Source: Eledone cirrhosa (taxonomy: Eukaryota). From it: DNA of 64,000 bases. Shown piece after piece: positions 27,194-40,470 of the stretch (the stretch's first letter is position 1; each line of letters begins with the position of its first letter). The notes beneath the pieces are model-generated. The model was given only the letters and a program-made list of their open reading frames with translations. It searched no databases and had not been told where the DNA came from. The DNA lies in NCBI GenBank assembly GCA_964016885.1, contig OZ024755.1:5146001-5210000 (forward strand), given 5' to 3'. A program made the translations under genes and the position numbers.

Positions 27194-27341
27194 CCCTCTT
27201 CCTGCTATATCAAGCGTTAACCTAATATATCCCTTCCATATACTGTGCCGATTGTGTTGTTATTTCTGTTTACCTTTTACATACATATACATATATATCC
27301 ATGCTAATGTGGAAAAATGGACGTAAAACGGTGATGATGAT

Positions 27342-27377
<36 letters not shown>

Positions 27378-27894
27378 TCTTGTGCCTATGATATACAACA
27401 ATACTAATTTTATGATTAATTTACAGACAAACTGCAGAGTCAAAATAGACTTTTCTATATCATGCCTTCATCTTTGACAACTCATCCCTTGAGAGCAATC
27501 TCACTGAGACAATATATTGGAATTGGATCAATTAACTATAATCAGTCTTTCAAAAAAAAAAAAATAAATAAAATTAAAAAAAACGAATAGAAAAAACAGG
27601 AGAGAGGTAGGCCTATTGTATTTTAAGAAAAATCAATAATATTGATTGGTTCTTTCTAACAAACTGGTAAATAGTTCAATACCGAGCTGTACTGTATCAA
27701 TACGAAAACATGTTTAAATCCTAATTTAATATTTAGAGAAATTATGGTGTATATACAAGAAAGAAAAGGGAAAGGTAAAAAAAAAAAAAAATCAACCACC
27801 ACAGCTCCCCCCACCACTACCAAACCCTTCCATTTTTAGCTTACATAAACTTTACATAAAATTCTTTCGTCTTTTTACTTTTATTTCTAATGAT

Positions 27895-27964
<70 letters not shown>

Positions 27965-28129
27965 AAGAGAGAGAGTGTGTGTGTGTGCAAAGCCAAGTGG
28001 ATTTACTATAAATCCTTCACAACAAAATACTGGTCAATAGAAAAACAGAAAATATATAATAGAATCAAGACTTTCTACCATTTAGAGCCTAACTTGGATC
28101 AATAAGGAATATTTTCCTAGCAGCAGCAG

Positions 28130-28650
28130 CACCACCAACACTACCGCTGTTACCACCAACGACACCACCACAACCAATAACAAACCCCATTACAACCACT
28201 GCTACCAGCAATAACAACAACACTACCACCAACAACAAAACCTACCACAACCACTGCCACCACCAACACCGACACCAGTACCATTACCACCAACAACCAC
28301 TGCCACAAACACCACCACCACCAACAACAAAACCTACCACCACCACTGCCAACACCAACACCAGTACCATTACCACCAGCACCACCACCACCAACAACAA
28401 CACCTACCACAACCACAGCCAACACCACCACCAACTACCACCACCTACCACAACCACCACCACCACCACCTACCACCTACCACAACCACCAACACCACCT
28501 ACCACAACCACCAACACCACCTACCACAACCACCAACACCACCTACCACAACCACCACCACCACCACCACAACCACCACCTACCACAACCACCACCTACC
28601 ACAACCACCACCTACCACAACCACCACCTACCACAACCACCACCACCTCC
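28130..28650. repeat. (CCA/ACC)n-rich low-complexity tract
   Basis: accacctaccaca units. Confidence 0.9.
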
Positions 28651-29195
28651 AACAAACACCGACTTCCTAGAGAAGACAACTCTCAGTTATAATGGCTTCT
28701 GAAGAGAGAGTGCCAAAGTAAATAGAACTTGTAAAGTAGACCTAACTCATCTCCATTGTGTGGGTAGGTAGTACAACATTGGTTGTGACGGTGATGATGG
28801 TGATGATGGTGGTGGTGGTGGTAGTGGTGGTGATGGTGATAGTGGTGGTTATAGTAGCAGTAACAACAACCTTGATAAACTAAACTGGCAGAAAACATTC
28901 TCATGTCACGCATACATGCATGCACACATGCACACTTACACACTTACACACTTACACACATGCACACTTACATAATATTACTGGTGAAAATCTGAACATA
29001 ATTTCTGCAGTGACGATAATGAAATCAAAACAACCATCCACCATCCTCAGCTGCTGCAGTAGCAATCTTAGCCTCTTCCATGCTTCTTTCCCTCAACCAT
29101 TCCACCATTAACACCTGTCTAAGGACTCTGCCTTATACCCCCTCTCACATCCTACCAATCCTAGCCCCTTCTTTGCTTCTTCTCCATCATCATTA

Positions 29196-30470
29196 GCTGG
29201 CTATGGGCTTGGACCTACAACCTGCTCCCAATCCTAGCCTCTATTCTCATCCTCCACCATCATCACCATCATCACCATCACCTGGCTATGGGCTTGGACC
29301 TACAACCTGCTCCCAATCCTAGCCTCAGCTTCACTCCTCATCCTCCATCACCTGGCTATGGGCTTGGACCTACAACCTGCTCCCAATCCTAGCCTTAGCT
29401 TCTCTCCTCATCCTCCATCACCTGGCTATGGGCTTGGACCTACAACCTGCTCCCAATCCTAGCCTCAGCTTCACTCCTCATCCTCCATCACCTGGCTATG
29501 GGCTTGGACCTACAACCTGCTCCCAATCCTAGCCTTAGCTTCTCTCCTCATCCTCCATCACCTGGCTATGGGCTTGGACCTACAACCTGCTCCCAATCCT
29601 AGCCTCAGCTTCTCTCCTCATCCTCCATCACCTGGCTATGGGCTTGGACCTACAACCTGCTCCCAATCCTAGCCTTAGCTTCTCTCCTCATCCTCCATCA
29701 CCTGGCTATGGGCTTGGACCTACAACCTGCTCCCAATCCTAGCCTTAGCTTCTCTCCTCATCCTCCATCACCTGGCTATGGGCTTGGACCTACAACCTGC
29801 TCCCAATCCTAGCCTCAGCTTCTCTCCTCATCCTCCATCACCTGGCTATGGGCTTGGACCTACAACCTGCTCCCAATCCTAGCCTTAGCTTCTCTCCTCA
29901 TCCTCCATCACCTGGCTATGGGCTTGGACCTACAACCTGCTCCCAATCCTAGCCTTAGCTTCTCTCCTCATCCTCCATCACCTGGCTATGGGCTTGGACC
30001 TACAACCTGCTCCCAATCCTAGCCTTAGCTTCTCTCCTCATCCTCCATCACCTGGCTATGGGCTTGGACCTACAACCTGCTCCCAATCCTAGCCTTAGCT
30101 TCTCTCCTCATCCTCCATCACCTGGCTATGGGCTTGGACCTACAACCTGCTCCCAATCCTAGCCTTAGCTTCTCTCCTCATCCTCCATCACCTGGCTATG
30201 GGCTTGGACCTACAACCTGCTCCCAATCCTAGCCTCAGCTTCTCTCCTCATCCTCCATCACCTGGCTATGGGCTTGGACCTACAACCTGCTCCCAATCCT
30301 AGCCTTAGCTTCTCTCCTCATCCTCCATCACCTGGCTATGGGCTTGGACCTACAACCTGCTCCCAATCCTAGCCTTAGCTTCTCTCCTCATCCTCCATCA
30401 CCTGGCTATGGGCTTGGACCTACAACCTGCTCCCAATCCTAGCCTTAGCTTCTCTCCTCATCCTCCATCA
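29196..30470. repeat. 70-bp minisatellite: 17 near-identical copies plus one diverged copy
   Basis: Unit CCTGGCTATGGGCTTGGACCTACAACCTGCTCCCAATCCTAGCCT(T/C)AGCTTC(T/A)CTCCTCATCCTCCATCA from 29281. Confidence 0.98.
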
Positions 30471-33400
30471 CCCCCATCAGCCGTCTATAGACTTTACCTT
30501 ACAGTCCCCTCCTCCACCTCCAACATATTCTAGCCTTCCCTTTGCTTCTTCTCTAACACTCCATCATCATTACTACCTGCCTGTGGGGTTTGAAGCTACA
30601 ACCTTTGCTAGTGATGTCCAGTAGTAGTAGTAGTAGTTGTAGTAGTAGTCTGGTTGTATTTCTATAGCTTAATGTTGCAAACATCACATACATATGGTGA
30701 GTCCATAGGTGGTCTTGATATTCTTCATTAACAGAAGACAAGTCACTAGGAAGAAGCCAGGAAGAAGCTTTTTTTTTTTTACCTTCTTACAAACTAAGCA
30801 GAATTTACATTTTACTCACAAATGCACAGACCAAAATCATTATGCAGTTTCGTTAGAGCTAGCATTAATTAACTAGATTTGATCAGTCGCATCTATCAAA
30901 AACACAGACAAAAAAAAGAAAAAGAAATTCCATTAATTGTACAAATAAATCAGCAAAGCTGAAAATTCAGTCATCTTATTTTTAAGGAGTAGAAATATTT
31001 GCAAGGAACAGAGATGAGAGATTTTTGGCCATGTGTATCGGGGTGCAACCTTCAACTAAAAATCAGATTTAACCCTTACATCGCCATATTTCTAATAAAA
31101 TACACTCCCGATGATTTTAAAAATAATCAAGAATTTGGAGGGATTTAATAATATACTTTTTTTTCATTCTTAACCCTTTCATTAGCCCTAGTGACCAAGA
31201 AAGAAATAATTGCTAATCCTATAATAATTATAGTTCTCAGGAAATATACCATTTCAATTAATTAATGGAAAAATTTTGAAGGATTTACTTGAATTATTTA
31301 ATTAATACTTAACATGGTTCTAGAAATTATAGAGGAATATTTTAATTTAATTAGGAACCTCCTAAAATGAGTGCTTTTATTTCATAGAATCAGAGTAGGT
31401 TTTGGCTAGCATGGCATTAAATGGGTTAAAGGGCTTTACATATAATTATGGGAAACTGTTTTTAGATAAATATAAAGTTTCGAGTGAACACTTTTGTACT
31501 GTAGAACCAGGGGCAACTTCAGGCAGTTTTATATCAAAACTGTGAACCTGTGAAAGGTGGGGAAATGGTGAAGATACATATTTGAGAGATACATATTTGA
31601 GAGGATATACACACTTTAAACATTGCAGTTGATGTGATTTTTTTTCTTTTTGTAAGATAAAAGACAAGCGCCCAGTCCACACTGTAAAGTGGTTGTTTTG
31701 ATGCCACAATAAAAAACACCCAGCCCACAGTTCACATTGTAAATGTGGTTGGCATTAGAAAGGGTACCTAGCTGTAGAAACCAAGCCAGAAACAGTTCTG
31801 TATGACCAAGACAGTCATCTGATCTGACTTGTCTCACAATGGGACAACTTTAACCCATGCTGGCATGAAAAAAATGGACGTTAAACATTGATGATGATGA
31901 TGATAATAGCAATTGGTTGTCATATGACCTGTGCAAAATCTAAGATAAGTCTTTGAAGGTTCACATCTACAACTCAGATTAAGTGAAACATTGCTATAAA
32001 AGCCGTGAAGAGATCTTTCTATAAGTAGCAATATCAATGAAAACATGCACAAATACATATGTACACACACCTAAATGTGAAAGGGCTGTGCTATTACTAA
32101 CAAACTAAACACTTGTGTAGAAGGTTAGGGACATCTAGAATTACAATGTAGTATAGAATTTAACATAAACAGCAATGTTGTTTATGTTATACTGTTAGAT
32201 AATAAAACACAGACTATCTGGAATGGTCCTTCGTTGCTCTCCACGATGAGTCTTCCAGTTGTCTGATCAATGAAACAGCCTGCTCATGAAATTGACACAG
32301 ATGTTGAGCATTGCACAGATATGTATACTCTTGACATAACTGTCAGGGAGATTCAGTATAACATGGTTTGTTATAAAGATGGCTCTTTGAATTATAGGTT
32401 CAGTCCATCCTCTGGGTTTCCAAACAATGCCCGTCTACCCAAGGTTTGTGTTGACCTGAGGTAATAAGAAATGACACTTGCCCACGATATCTCAGTGGGA
32501 TTAAATCTGGAACCTCATGACTGTGAAGTGAACATCATAACCTTTCCGTTATGTTGTATCCACTAAGTCAACCTAATTGTTTTGGGAACACTTATAATGG
32601 TAAAATCTTTGGCACTCCCCAACCCTCGAAAGGGTGGGTGGGCTATAAAAAACATTTCAATACAGTTATAATATTGTTTACCTCAAGTTAACATGCTAGT
32701 GATCGTATTTCTAATGAAATAAACTATTTCAATTAATCAATTTTGAGAGATTTACTAAACTTAATTATTTCATTAACATATGGTTTTTATATAAAATTAT
32801 GTTAAAATATTTTAATTTAAATATGATCATTTTAAAATGGGTGGTTTTGTTTTAAAGTGTTCATATTTATTTAATAATCTTCCACCATAATTTCATGTAC
32901 AAACTTTGGTTAAGTTATGTTCCAAACACCAGATAAAAAAAAAGAAAGAAATCCTTCCACATTCGAGTATTTTCAAAATTATTTGACAAAACATATACAG
33001 TGTCCTTTCATTAGAAATACAGTAATGAACGGGTTAGCTCTTAACATCCTGTTCCACATGAAACCACATTAGCAAGATATTTTCACCAAGTACTAGATAG
33101 CACCCACAACTGCAGCACATTAGAAATCAAAGTCTTAATGTTATTAACACTATAAATTTTAATGACAAGCAGTTTATACATAGTATACTAAAATCACTGA
33201 ATTTATTTCAGCGATTTCCAGCCATAACTTACTCTCTCAATGAGATAACAAGCTTGTAGTTGTGAAACTGCATCTTAAAATACAGAGTATACACAGAGTA
33301 TTATGGCAGTGTTTTGGTAAAGATTATAGTAAAAATACTATTAACATTTGATTCAACAAACTCAGTCGGAAATAATTTCTACTAAATCATTCCAGGGTTC

Positions 33401-34040
33401 CAAGACAATGGAGAAAATATTGAACAAATAACTAAACTAATCAATAATAAAATATATCAAACAATAAATGGAAATCATTTGTAAAATCAAAGAAAAAGAT
33501 AGGTAGTGAATGGAGTCAGCCTGACACCTTCCTCTCTTAGCAAACAACAGAACACCAGTAAATATATTGTAAATAGAATATATTTACACCAACATCACCA
33601 ATAACATCACTGACAACATAAACACTACTAGCAAGACTAACAACAACAACACTAGCACAACTACCATTGCCAACACCACCGCCACCATTAACACCAACAC
33701 CAGCTGCTGTTTAAAATTTGGGATTGGATGTAATCAGTCTATCATTGTCCAACAGATTTCCTCTCTTTAACAACAATACATAAGTCCAACCACACAATTG
33801 TTGGCATTGGTGGTGGGGGGTGGTTGTGGAGGTGTCGGTGGTGGCGGAGTTGGCGTTGGAGGTGGTGGAGGCGTTGGTGGCGTTGGTGGCGTAGGAGGCA
33901 CTATCAAGTATAAAATACTGATTGTTGTTGATTCTACAGAATACAGCAGGCCTGGCTGACCGACTGGCCTGTTGGTTGGTTGGTTAGTTAGTGGTTCTGT
34001 CACATATACAAAACCACAATACAAACAAAAACTGTTTGGG

Positions 34041-34091
<51 letters not shown>

Positions 34092-34165
34092 TTAAGATCG
34101 GTTAAAGTTTTAGAACAATTTAAACCAATAATCCCAATAGAACTTCAGGGAAATAAAAGCATTAA

Positions 34166-34372
34166 CCCTTTCGCATTCACATTACTCTATATATACTATT
34201 ATAGTTTCATGGCAAATGCTTTATCTCATATAATATCGAATCTATGAGATTTTGAAAGTATTTATTTTGAGAACAATACCTTAACATCAGTTTGAGTGAC
34301 CAGTTACAGCCAGTTTCAACAGAAAAAAGTAGAGAATTCTGGCTGGTTTTCGCCGGTTTGAACATTAAAGGG
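34166..34372. mobile_element. piggyBac-type MITE family 1
   Basis: TTAA TSD, CCCTTT/AAAGGG ends, shared body. Confidence 0.8.
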
Positions 34373-34787
34373 TTAAGTGACTTAACTCTTAACATCCTGT
34401 ACCATATAAAACAGCATTAACAGTCTTCACATTAAAAAATGAAATCTTTAATACCATTTTTCACAACACTATCTCTAAGTAAAGATACTATAAACATTTG
34501 AATTAAATATTTTTAGATATTTTCTACTAAAAGATGTTTGCCTTTTATTCATACAAGGTTGATAAAAAAAGTACCAGTCTAATACTGGAGCCGATTCTTC
34601 CTCTATTCTCACTTTCTATCCTTCCCTGGAAGAAATGGGTGCCAGGCTTAGAAACGCTAATGTCAATATGCTGGCCCTACAACTCGGCCCTACAACTCCC
34701 TCGGGAGTTACGAGACGAAAAAATAAAAAAGAGTTAATACAGAAACTAATGAAACGTGCGCACACAGTAATCCCTCGTTACCTAATA

Positions 34788-34898
34788 TATATTTATAAAA
34801 CTGATCTATATTATATTTTATCTGATGAAAGCACACCATAATTTAACTTGGGGTCCTTGAAATATGTATAATGAAATAAATATGGTTTTATAAATATA
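34788..34898 (+). ncRNA. Type I hammerhead ribozyme in a dispersed short repeat (copy 2)
   Basis: TATTTTAT-CTGATGA-stem II (AAGcACaCCA..TGGgGTcCTT)-GAAA-TATGTA-TA-ATGAAATA, with outer stem TATATTTATAAAAC/GTTTTATAAATATA. Confidence 0.7.
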
Positions 34899-35352
34899 GT
34901 TTCCATTTGTTAATATCGTATATATATATATATATATATATATTATACTAACAAAGAACATTCGTCAATTGTATATGCATCACTAACTTCCATGAAAAAA
35001 ATAAAAATGCATGGAACCCGAGACAACAGGTTCACTTTAAAAGACATCAACTCTGATATAGAGGAAACACAGGAGACGTGGGAATGTACTAGAAATGTAC
35101 AACACCTGCTGGGTGTGAATATGGTCAGCTCCTGTGTTGTTGATATTACAAGTTATACACTACATGTGAAAGAAGGAAAACATGAACAACAATAATATCA
35201 TATTTCAGGGATATTTGTTTACTGTGACAAGGTGACACAGCTATGACAGAGTGTTACTGCATTGTACTGTACTGTTTTGTAGATCCAGCTGTTTATTGTA
35301 AAGTATGAGAAAATATTAAAATGATGATAATGGCAATGATAAACTAAAAAAT

Positions 35353-35531
35353 TTTTTCTACTTTTGGTCCAATTACTCCAGTGCATAACTGGTACTTTAT
35401 TTTATCGACCCCCCTCCCCCGTAAGGATGACAGGCAAAGTTAACCTCAGTGGGATTTGAACAAAGGGCCGTAACTCTATACTGCAAAGCATGGCGTCCGA
35501 CCCTCTACCGATATTGCCAATCCACCGCCCT
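35353..35531 (-). mobile_element. SINE family A copy
   Basis: Same head, core and tail, in reverse orientation. Confidence 0.8.
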
Positions 35532-36368
35532 TAAAAAATAAACACTCAGTGTATTTCTCTCAATAATTAGTATAAGAAAAATAGTTTCGGCTTACAAAAA
35601 ATTTGGTTGATCAACGGCCTTCAGGGATGAATTAAGTTTGTGAACCAAGGTTCCACTGTATATTTTAATTTTAACTAACTTGATATTCAAGGCAAGTTCA
35701 TAAACCATACACAAGGAAATTTAATGTGGTGTGTGTTGGATTTGGGGGTACCGAACCATTACTGTATGTGTATGAGAGGTGGGGGGGGGGGTCTGATTCA
35801 TTATTGTGGGAGGTGTGGGAGGTATGTGGTGGGCTAAACCATTGGTTACTTTATATTCATATCATTCCAAATTCTCATCGATGAAATTTCAGTAAAAATT
35901 TTTTTTTTTTTTTTAATTCAATAAGTTTTCAATTCTAATCTCCACCCATAAATTCCACAGAGGCAGCTGTATATACATTTGATTCTCAACTCATGCTTAC
36001 TTAACCTTCAAGATTCTAAATTCCAGGCTCAAATTCCAATTCAATTATAACCTCATTTAAGTCAGAGCAGATAAATTTCTCTACTGCTGTTCAGAATAAC
36101 TCGGCTCATATGGAGTATTGTGAAGAGGTCTCCTTTGATATTCAACAACCAGAACCTCTGTAGAATGTCTCTGCTTCCATCAGCATAACAATATAAAATG
36201 TCAAGCAAAGTTAGTCGAAACCAACCAAATACATATTCTCTGCTGGTATTTAAGATTTTTTTTTTTTAGCATTTCTTTACCCCTTTGTTTTATGCCTGAA
36301 ATTTTAAAATAATTTTGAAAATAATCAAGAATTTGGAAAGATTTTTCATTATTAAATTGGAGTTTCTA

Positions 36369-36533
36369 GGGTGGTGGATTGGCAGTATCGGTAGAGGGTC
36401 GGACGACAGTTACGTCACTTTACGAACTGAGTTCAAATCTGCCGAGGTTAACTTTGTCTTTCATCCTTACGGGGTCGATAAAATAAAGTACCAGTAATGT
36501 ACTGGATAATTGCCAAAAGTAGAAACAATTATT
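36369..36533 (+). mobile_element. SINE family A copy
   Basis: ggtggattggcagtatcggtagag...gagttcaaatc...ctttcatccttacggggtcgataaaataaagtaccag...gtagaaacaatta. Confidence 0.85.
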
Positions 36534-36956
36534 AAGTTGGAGTTTGGAACATAACGGTTCTTAGATAAAATTATGATGAAAGATGTATAGATAAATATAA
36601 ATACTTTAAAAGAAACAGTTTTGTATCAGATTCAAGGGCAGTCGTAGCTGGTTTAGTTTCAAAAGTGTTGAGTCAGCAAATAAATTTCTCCACTGTTCTT
36701 TAGAATAACTTATCTTGGCACATGTGGAATATTACGGAGAAGTCTCCTTTGATATTCAGCAGCTAGCAGCTCTGTGGAATGTCACTTCTTCCATCACTTA
36801 TAAAATAAAATGCTGAGGAACATTACTGTCTAAACCAAGTTAAACAATAATTCTTCAGACACTTCAGGTTCTTTTTTCTTTTATTTTACTTTCTAATTCA
36901 GTCAGGAGTTAATACAGAATTCAGAGGAGGAATGTAGAACCCTGGAGTTGAATCAC

Positions 36957-39062
36957 TGGGTGGTGGGGGCACCATATACATAGCCAATGGTGGGGGGCAC
37001 CATATACATAGCCAATGGTGGGGGCACCATATACATAGCAAATGGTGGGGGCACCATATACATAGTCAATGGTGGGGGGCACCATATACATAGCCAATGG
37101 TGGGGGCACCATATACATAGCCAATGGTGGGGGCACCTTATACATAGTCAATGGTGGGGGCACCATATACATAGCCAATGGTGGGGGCACCATATACATA
37201 GCCAATGGTGGGGGGCACCATATACATAGCCAATGGTGGGGGCACCATATACATAGCCAATGGTGGGGGGCACCATATACATAGCCAATGGTGGGGGCAC
37301 CTTATACATAGTCAATGGTGGGGGCACCATATACATAGCCAATGGTGGGGGCACCATATACATAGCCAATGGTGGGGGGCACCATATACATAGCCAATGG
37401 TGGGGGGCACCTTATACATAGCCAATGGTGGGGGCACCTTATACATAGCCAATGGTGGGGGCACCATATACATAGCCAATGGTGGGGGCACCATATACAT
37501 AGCCAATGGTGGGGGCACCATATACATAGCCAATGGTGGGGGGCACCTTATACATAGCCAATGGTGGGGGCACCATATACATAGCCAATGGTGGGGGGCA
37601 CCATATACATAGCCAATGGTGGGGGCACCTTATACATAGCCAATGGTGGGGGCACCATATACATAGCCAATGGTGGGGGCACCATATACATAGCCAATGG
37701 TGGGGGGCACCATATACATAGCCAATGGTGGGGGCACCTTATACATAGCCAATGGTGGGGGCACCATATACATAGCCAATGGTGGGGGCACCATATACAT
37801 AGCCAATGGTGGGGGCACCATATACATAGCCAATGGTGGGGGGCACCATATACATAGCCAATGGTGGGGGCACCATATACATAGCCAATGGTGGGGGCAC
37901 CTTATACATAGCCAATGGTGGGGGCACCATATACATAGCCAATGGTGGGGGCACCATATACATAGCCAATGGTGGGGGGCACCATATACATAGCCAATGG
38001 TGGGGGCACCTTATACATAGTCAATGGTGGGGGCACCATATACATAGCCAATGGTGGGGGCACCATATACATAGCCAATGGTGGGGGGCACCATATACAT
38101 AGCCAATGGTGGGGGGCACCTTATACATAGCCAATGGTGGGGGCACCTTATACATAGCCAATGGTGGGGGCACCATATACATAGCCAATGGTGGGGGGCA
38201 CCTTATACATAGCCAATGGTGGGGGCACCTTATACATAGCCAATGGTGGGGGCACCATATACATAGCCAATGGTGGGGGCACCATATACATAGCCAATGG
38301 TGGGGGCACCATATACATAGCCAATGGTGGAGGGCACCTTATACATAGCCAATGGTGGGGGGCACCATATACATAGCCAATGGTGGGGGCACCTTATACA
38401 TAGCCAATGGTGGGGGCACCATATACATAGCCAATGGTGGGGGCACCATATACATAGCCAATGGTGGGGGGCACCATATACATAGTCAATGGTGGGGGCA
38501 CCATATACATAGCCAATGGTGGGGGCACCTTATACATAGCCAATGGTGGGGGCACCATATACATAGCCAATGGTGGGGGCACCATATACATAGCCAATGG
38601 TGGGGGCACCATATACATAGCCAATGGTGGGGGCACCATATACATAGCCAATGGTGGGGGCACCATATACATAGCCAATGGTGGGGGCACCATATACATA
38701 GCCAATGGTGGGGGCACCTTATACATAGCCAATGGTGGGGGCACCATATACATAGCCAATGGTGGGGGCACCATATACATAGCCAATGGTGGGGGGCACC
38801 ATATACATAGCCAATGGTGGGGGCACCTTATACATAGTCAATGGTGGGGGCACCATATACATAGCCAATGGTGGGGGCACCATATACATAGCCAATGGTG
38901 GGGGGCACCATATACATAGCCAATGGTGGGGGCACCTTATACATAGCCAATGGTGGGGGGCACCATATTCATAGCCAATGGTGGGGGGCACCATATACAT
39001 AGCCAATGGTGGGGGGCACCATATACATAGTCAATGGTGGGGGGCACCATATACATAGCCAA
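36957..39062. repeat. 27/28-bp minisatellite, roughly 75 copies
   Basis: Unit GGTGGGGG(G)CACC(A/T)TATACATAG(C/T)CAAT; source of all ORFs in 36.9-39.0 kb. Confidence 0.98.
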
Positions 39063-39096
39063 AAGCTAAAACTATATAAATATCTGCAAAATAATA

Positions 39097-39151
<55 letters not shown>

Positions 39152-40277
39152 CGTGTACACATGTTTTCCTCTAATCTAAATTTTTAATAATATATCTATA
39201 TTGTTTAATGAAGAATATTTAGATAAGTATGTATATAAAGTCTGTTCCAAACCATGAGACCCATCAGACCAGAGCTTATCCAAGAGGGGGAACATGCTGT
39301 AGAGTTTGATTCCCAGTGGTGCGCTGTGTCCTTGAGCAAGAAACTTTATTGCTCCAGTCCGCTCAGCTGGTAGAAATGAATTGTACCTGTAGTTAAACGG
39401 ACCAGCCTTATCACATTTTGTGTGACACAGAATCTCTGAGAACTATGTTAAGGGTAATGTGTCTGTGAAATGCTCAGCCACTTGCACGTTAATTTCACAG
39501 CAGGCTGTTCCGTTGATGGTATCGACTGGAACACTTATTGTCATAACCGACGCGGAGTACCTCTAAGTACCAAAAAACATTATTTCCTCTCTCTCTCCAC
39601 ACACACACACACCAGAAAATGGAGATTAGGTTGATTAGTTTCAGTATTTTTTAACATTCCCTTTTTCTATTTACAGAAAGAAAGAAAAATGTAGTTAAAC
39701 TATGGTTTGTACTTATCTCATTGCAGCTAAAAAAAAATGTGTTTACTAGAAACAAAAACCCATAAATCTAACTTATATCTCAAAATAAAAATAAAAATGC
39801 CATTCTTTGCTTTTCTTTAAAAGTATTTGGTTTTGTGAGTCCATTGTCTAAACCCTCTATCACTGTTGGGTGTTAGACCAATAATATTAAAGATTCCTTA
39901 CTTAATTTCTAAGATGAATTAAATTCTGATGTAGTTATCATCATCACATCTGTAATACATAAATACACACCCATAACATTCGTCTTATCATTGCAAAAAT
40001 ATGCAGGGTCTTGAATTTCTAGGCATGCACTCTTCATTTTTAGATTATCCAAATTTCATTTACCTATGTCGTCAGTCTGTTTTTGTTTCCTTGTTGCTTT
40101 TTTTCTCTTCACTTCACAGAAATACCATTTTCTCTTTCTAAAGTCTGAGCATTACACTTCTAACCTTGTTTAAACACAGACATACAAGTGTTTTGTTAGT
40201 TTGCAGCAGCAAAAGACTGAAAACAATTTTTTTTTCTTTTTCTTTTGGCTGCTAAATAGGAGATCTGATATCAGTAT

Positions 40278-40470
40278 TATGGCAGAATCGGTAGAGTGTC
40301 AGATAATATGCTTTATGGCAGAGAGTTATAACCCTTTACGTTCTGAACTCAAATCCTGTACAGGATCAATAAAATAAAGTACCAGTAATGCACTGGGGTC
40401 AATTTAATTGACTTTCCGCTCCCCTAAAATTGCTGGCCTTGTGCCTAAAGTAGAAACCATTATTATTATT
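40278..40470 (+). mobile_element. SINE family A copy
   Basis: tggcagaatcggtagag head, aaaataaagtaccagtaatgcactggggtc core, (att)n tail. Confidence 0.75.

Noticed and set aside
36921-39006. Many overlapping ORFs (GGGTIYIAN / HHIHSQWWG repeats) and a superficially CRISPR-like hairpin repeat
   Set aside because: Pure tandem minisatellite with no unique spacers and no cas genes; the frames shift with G5/G6 variation.
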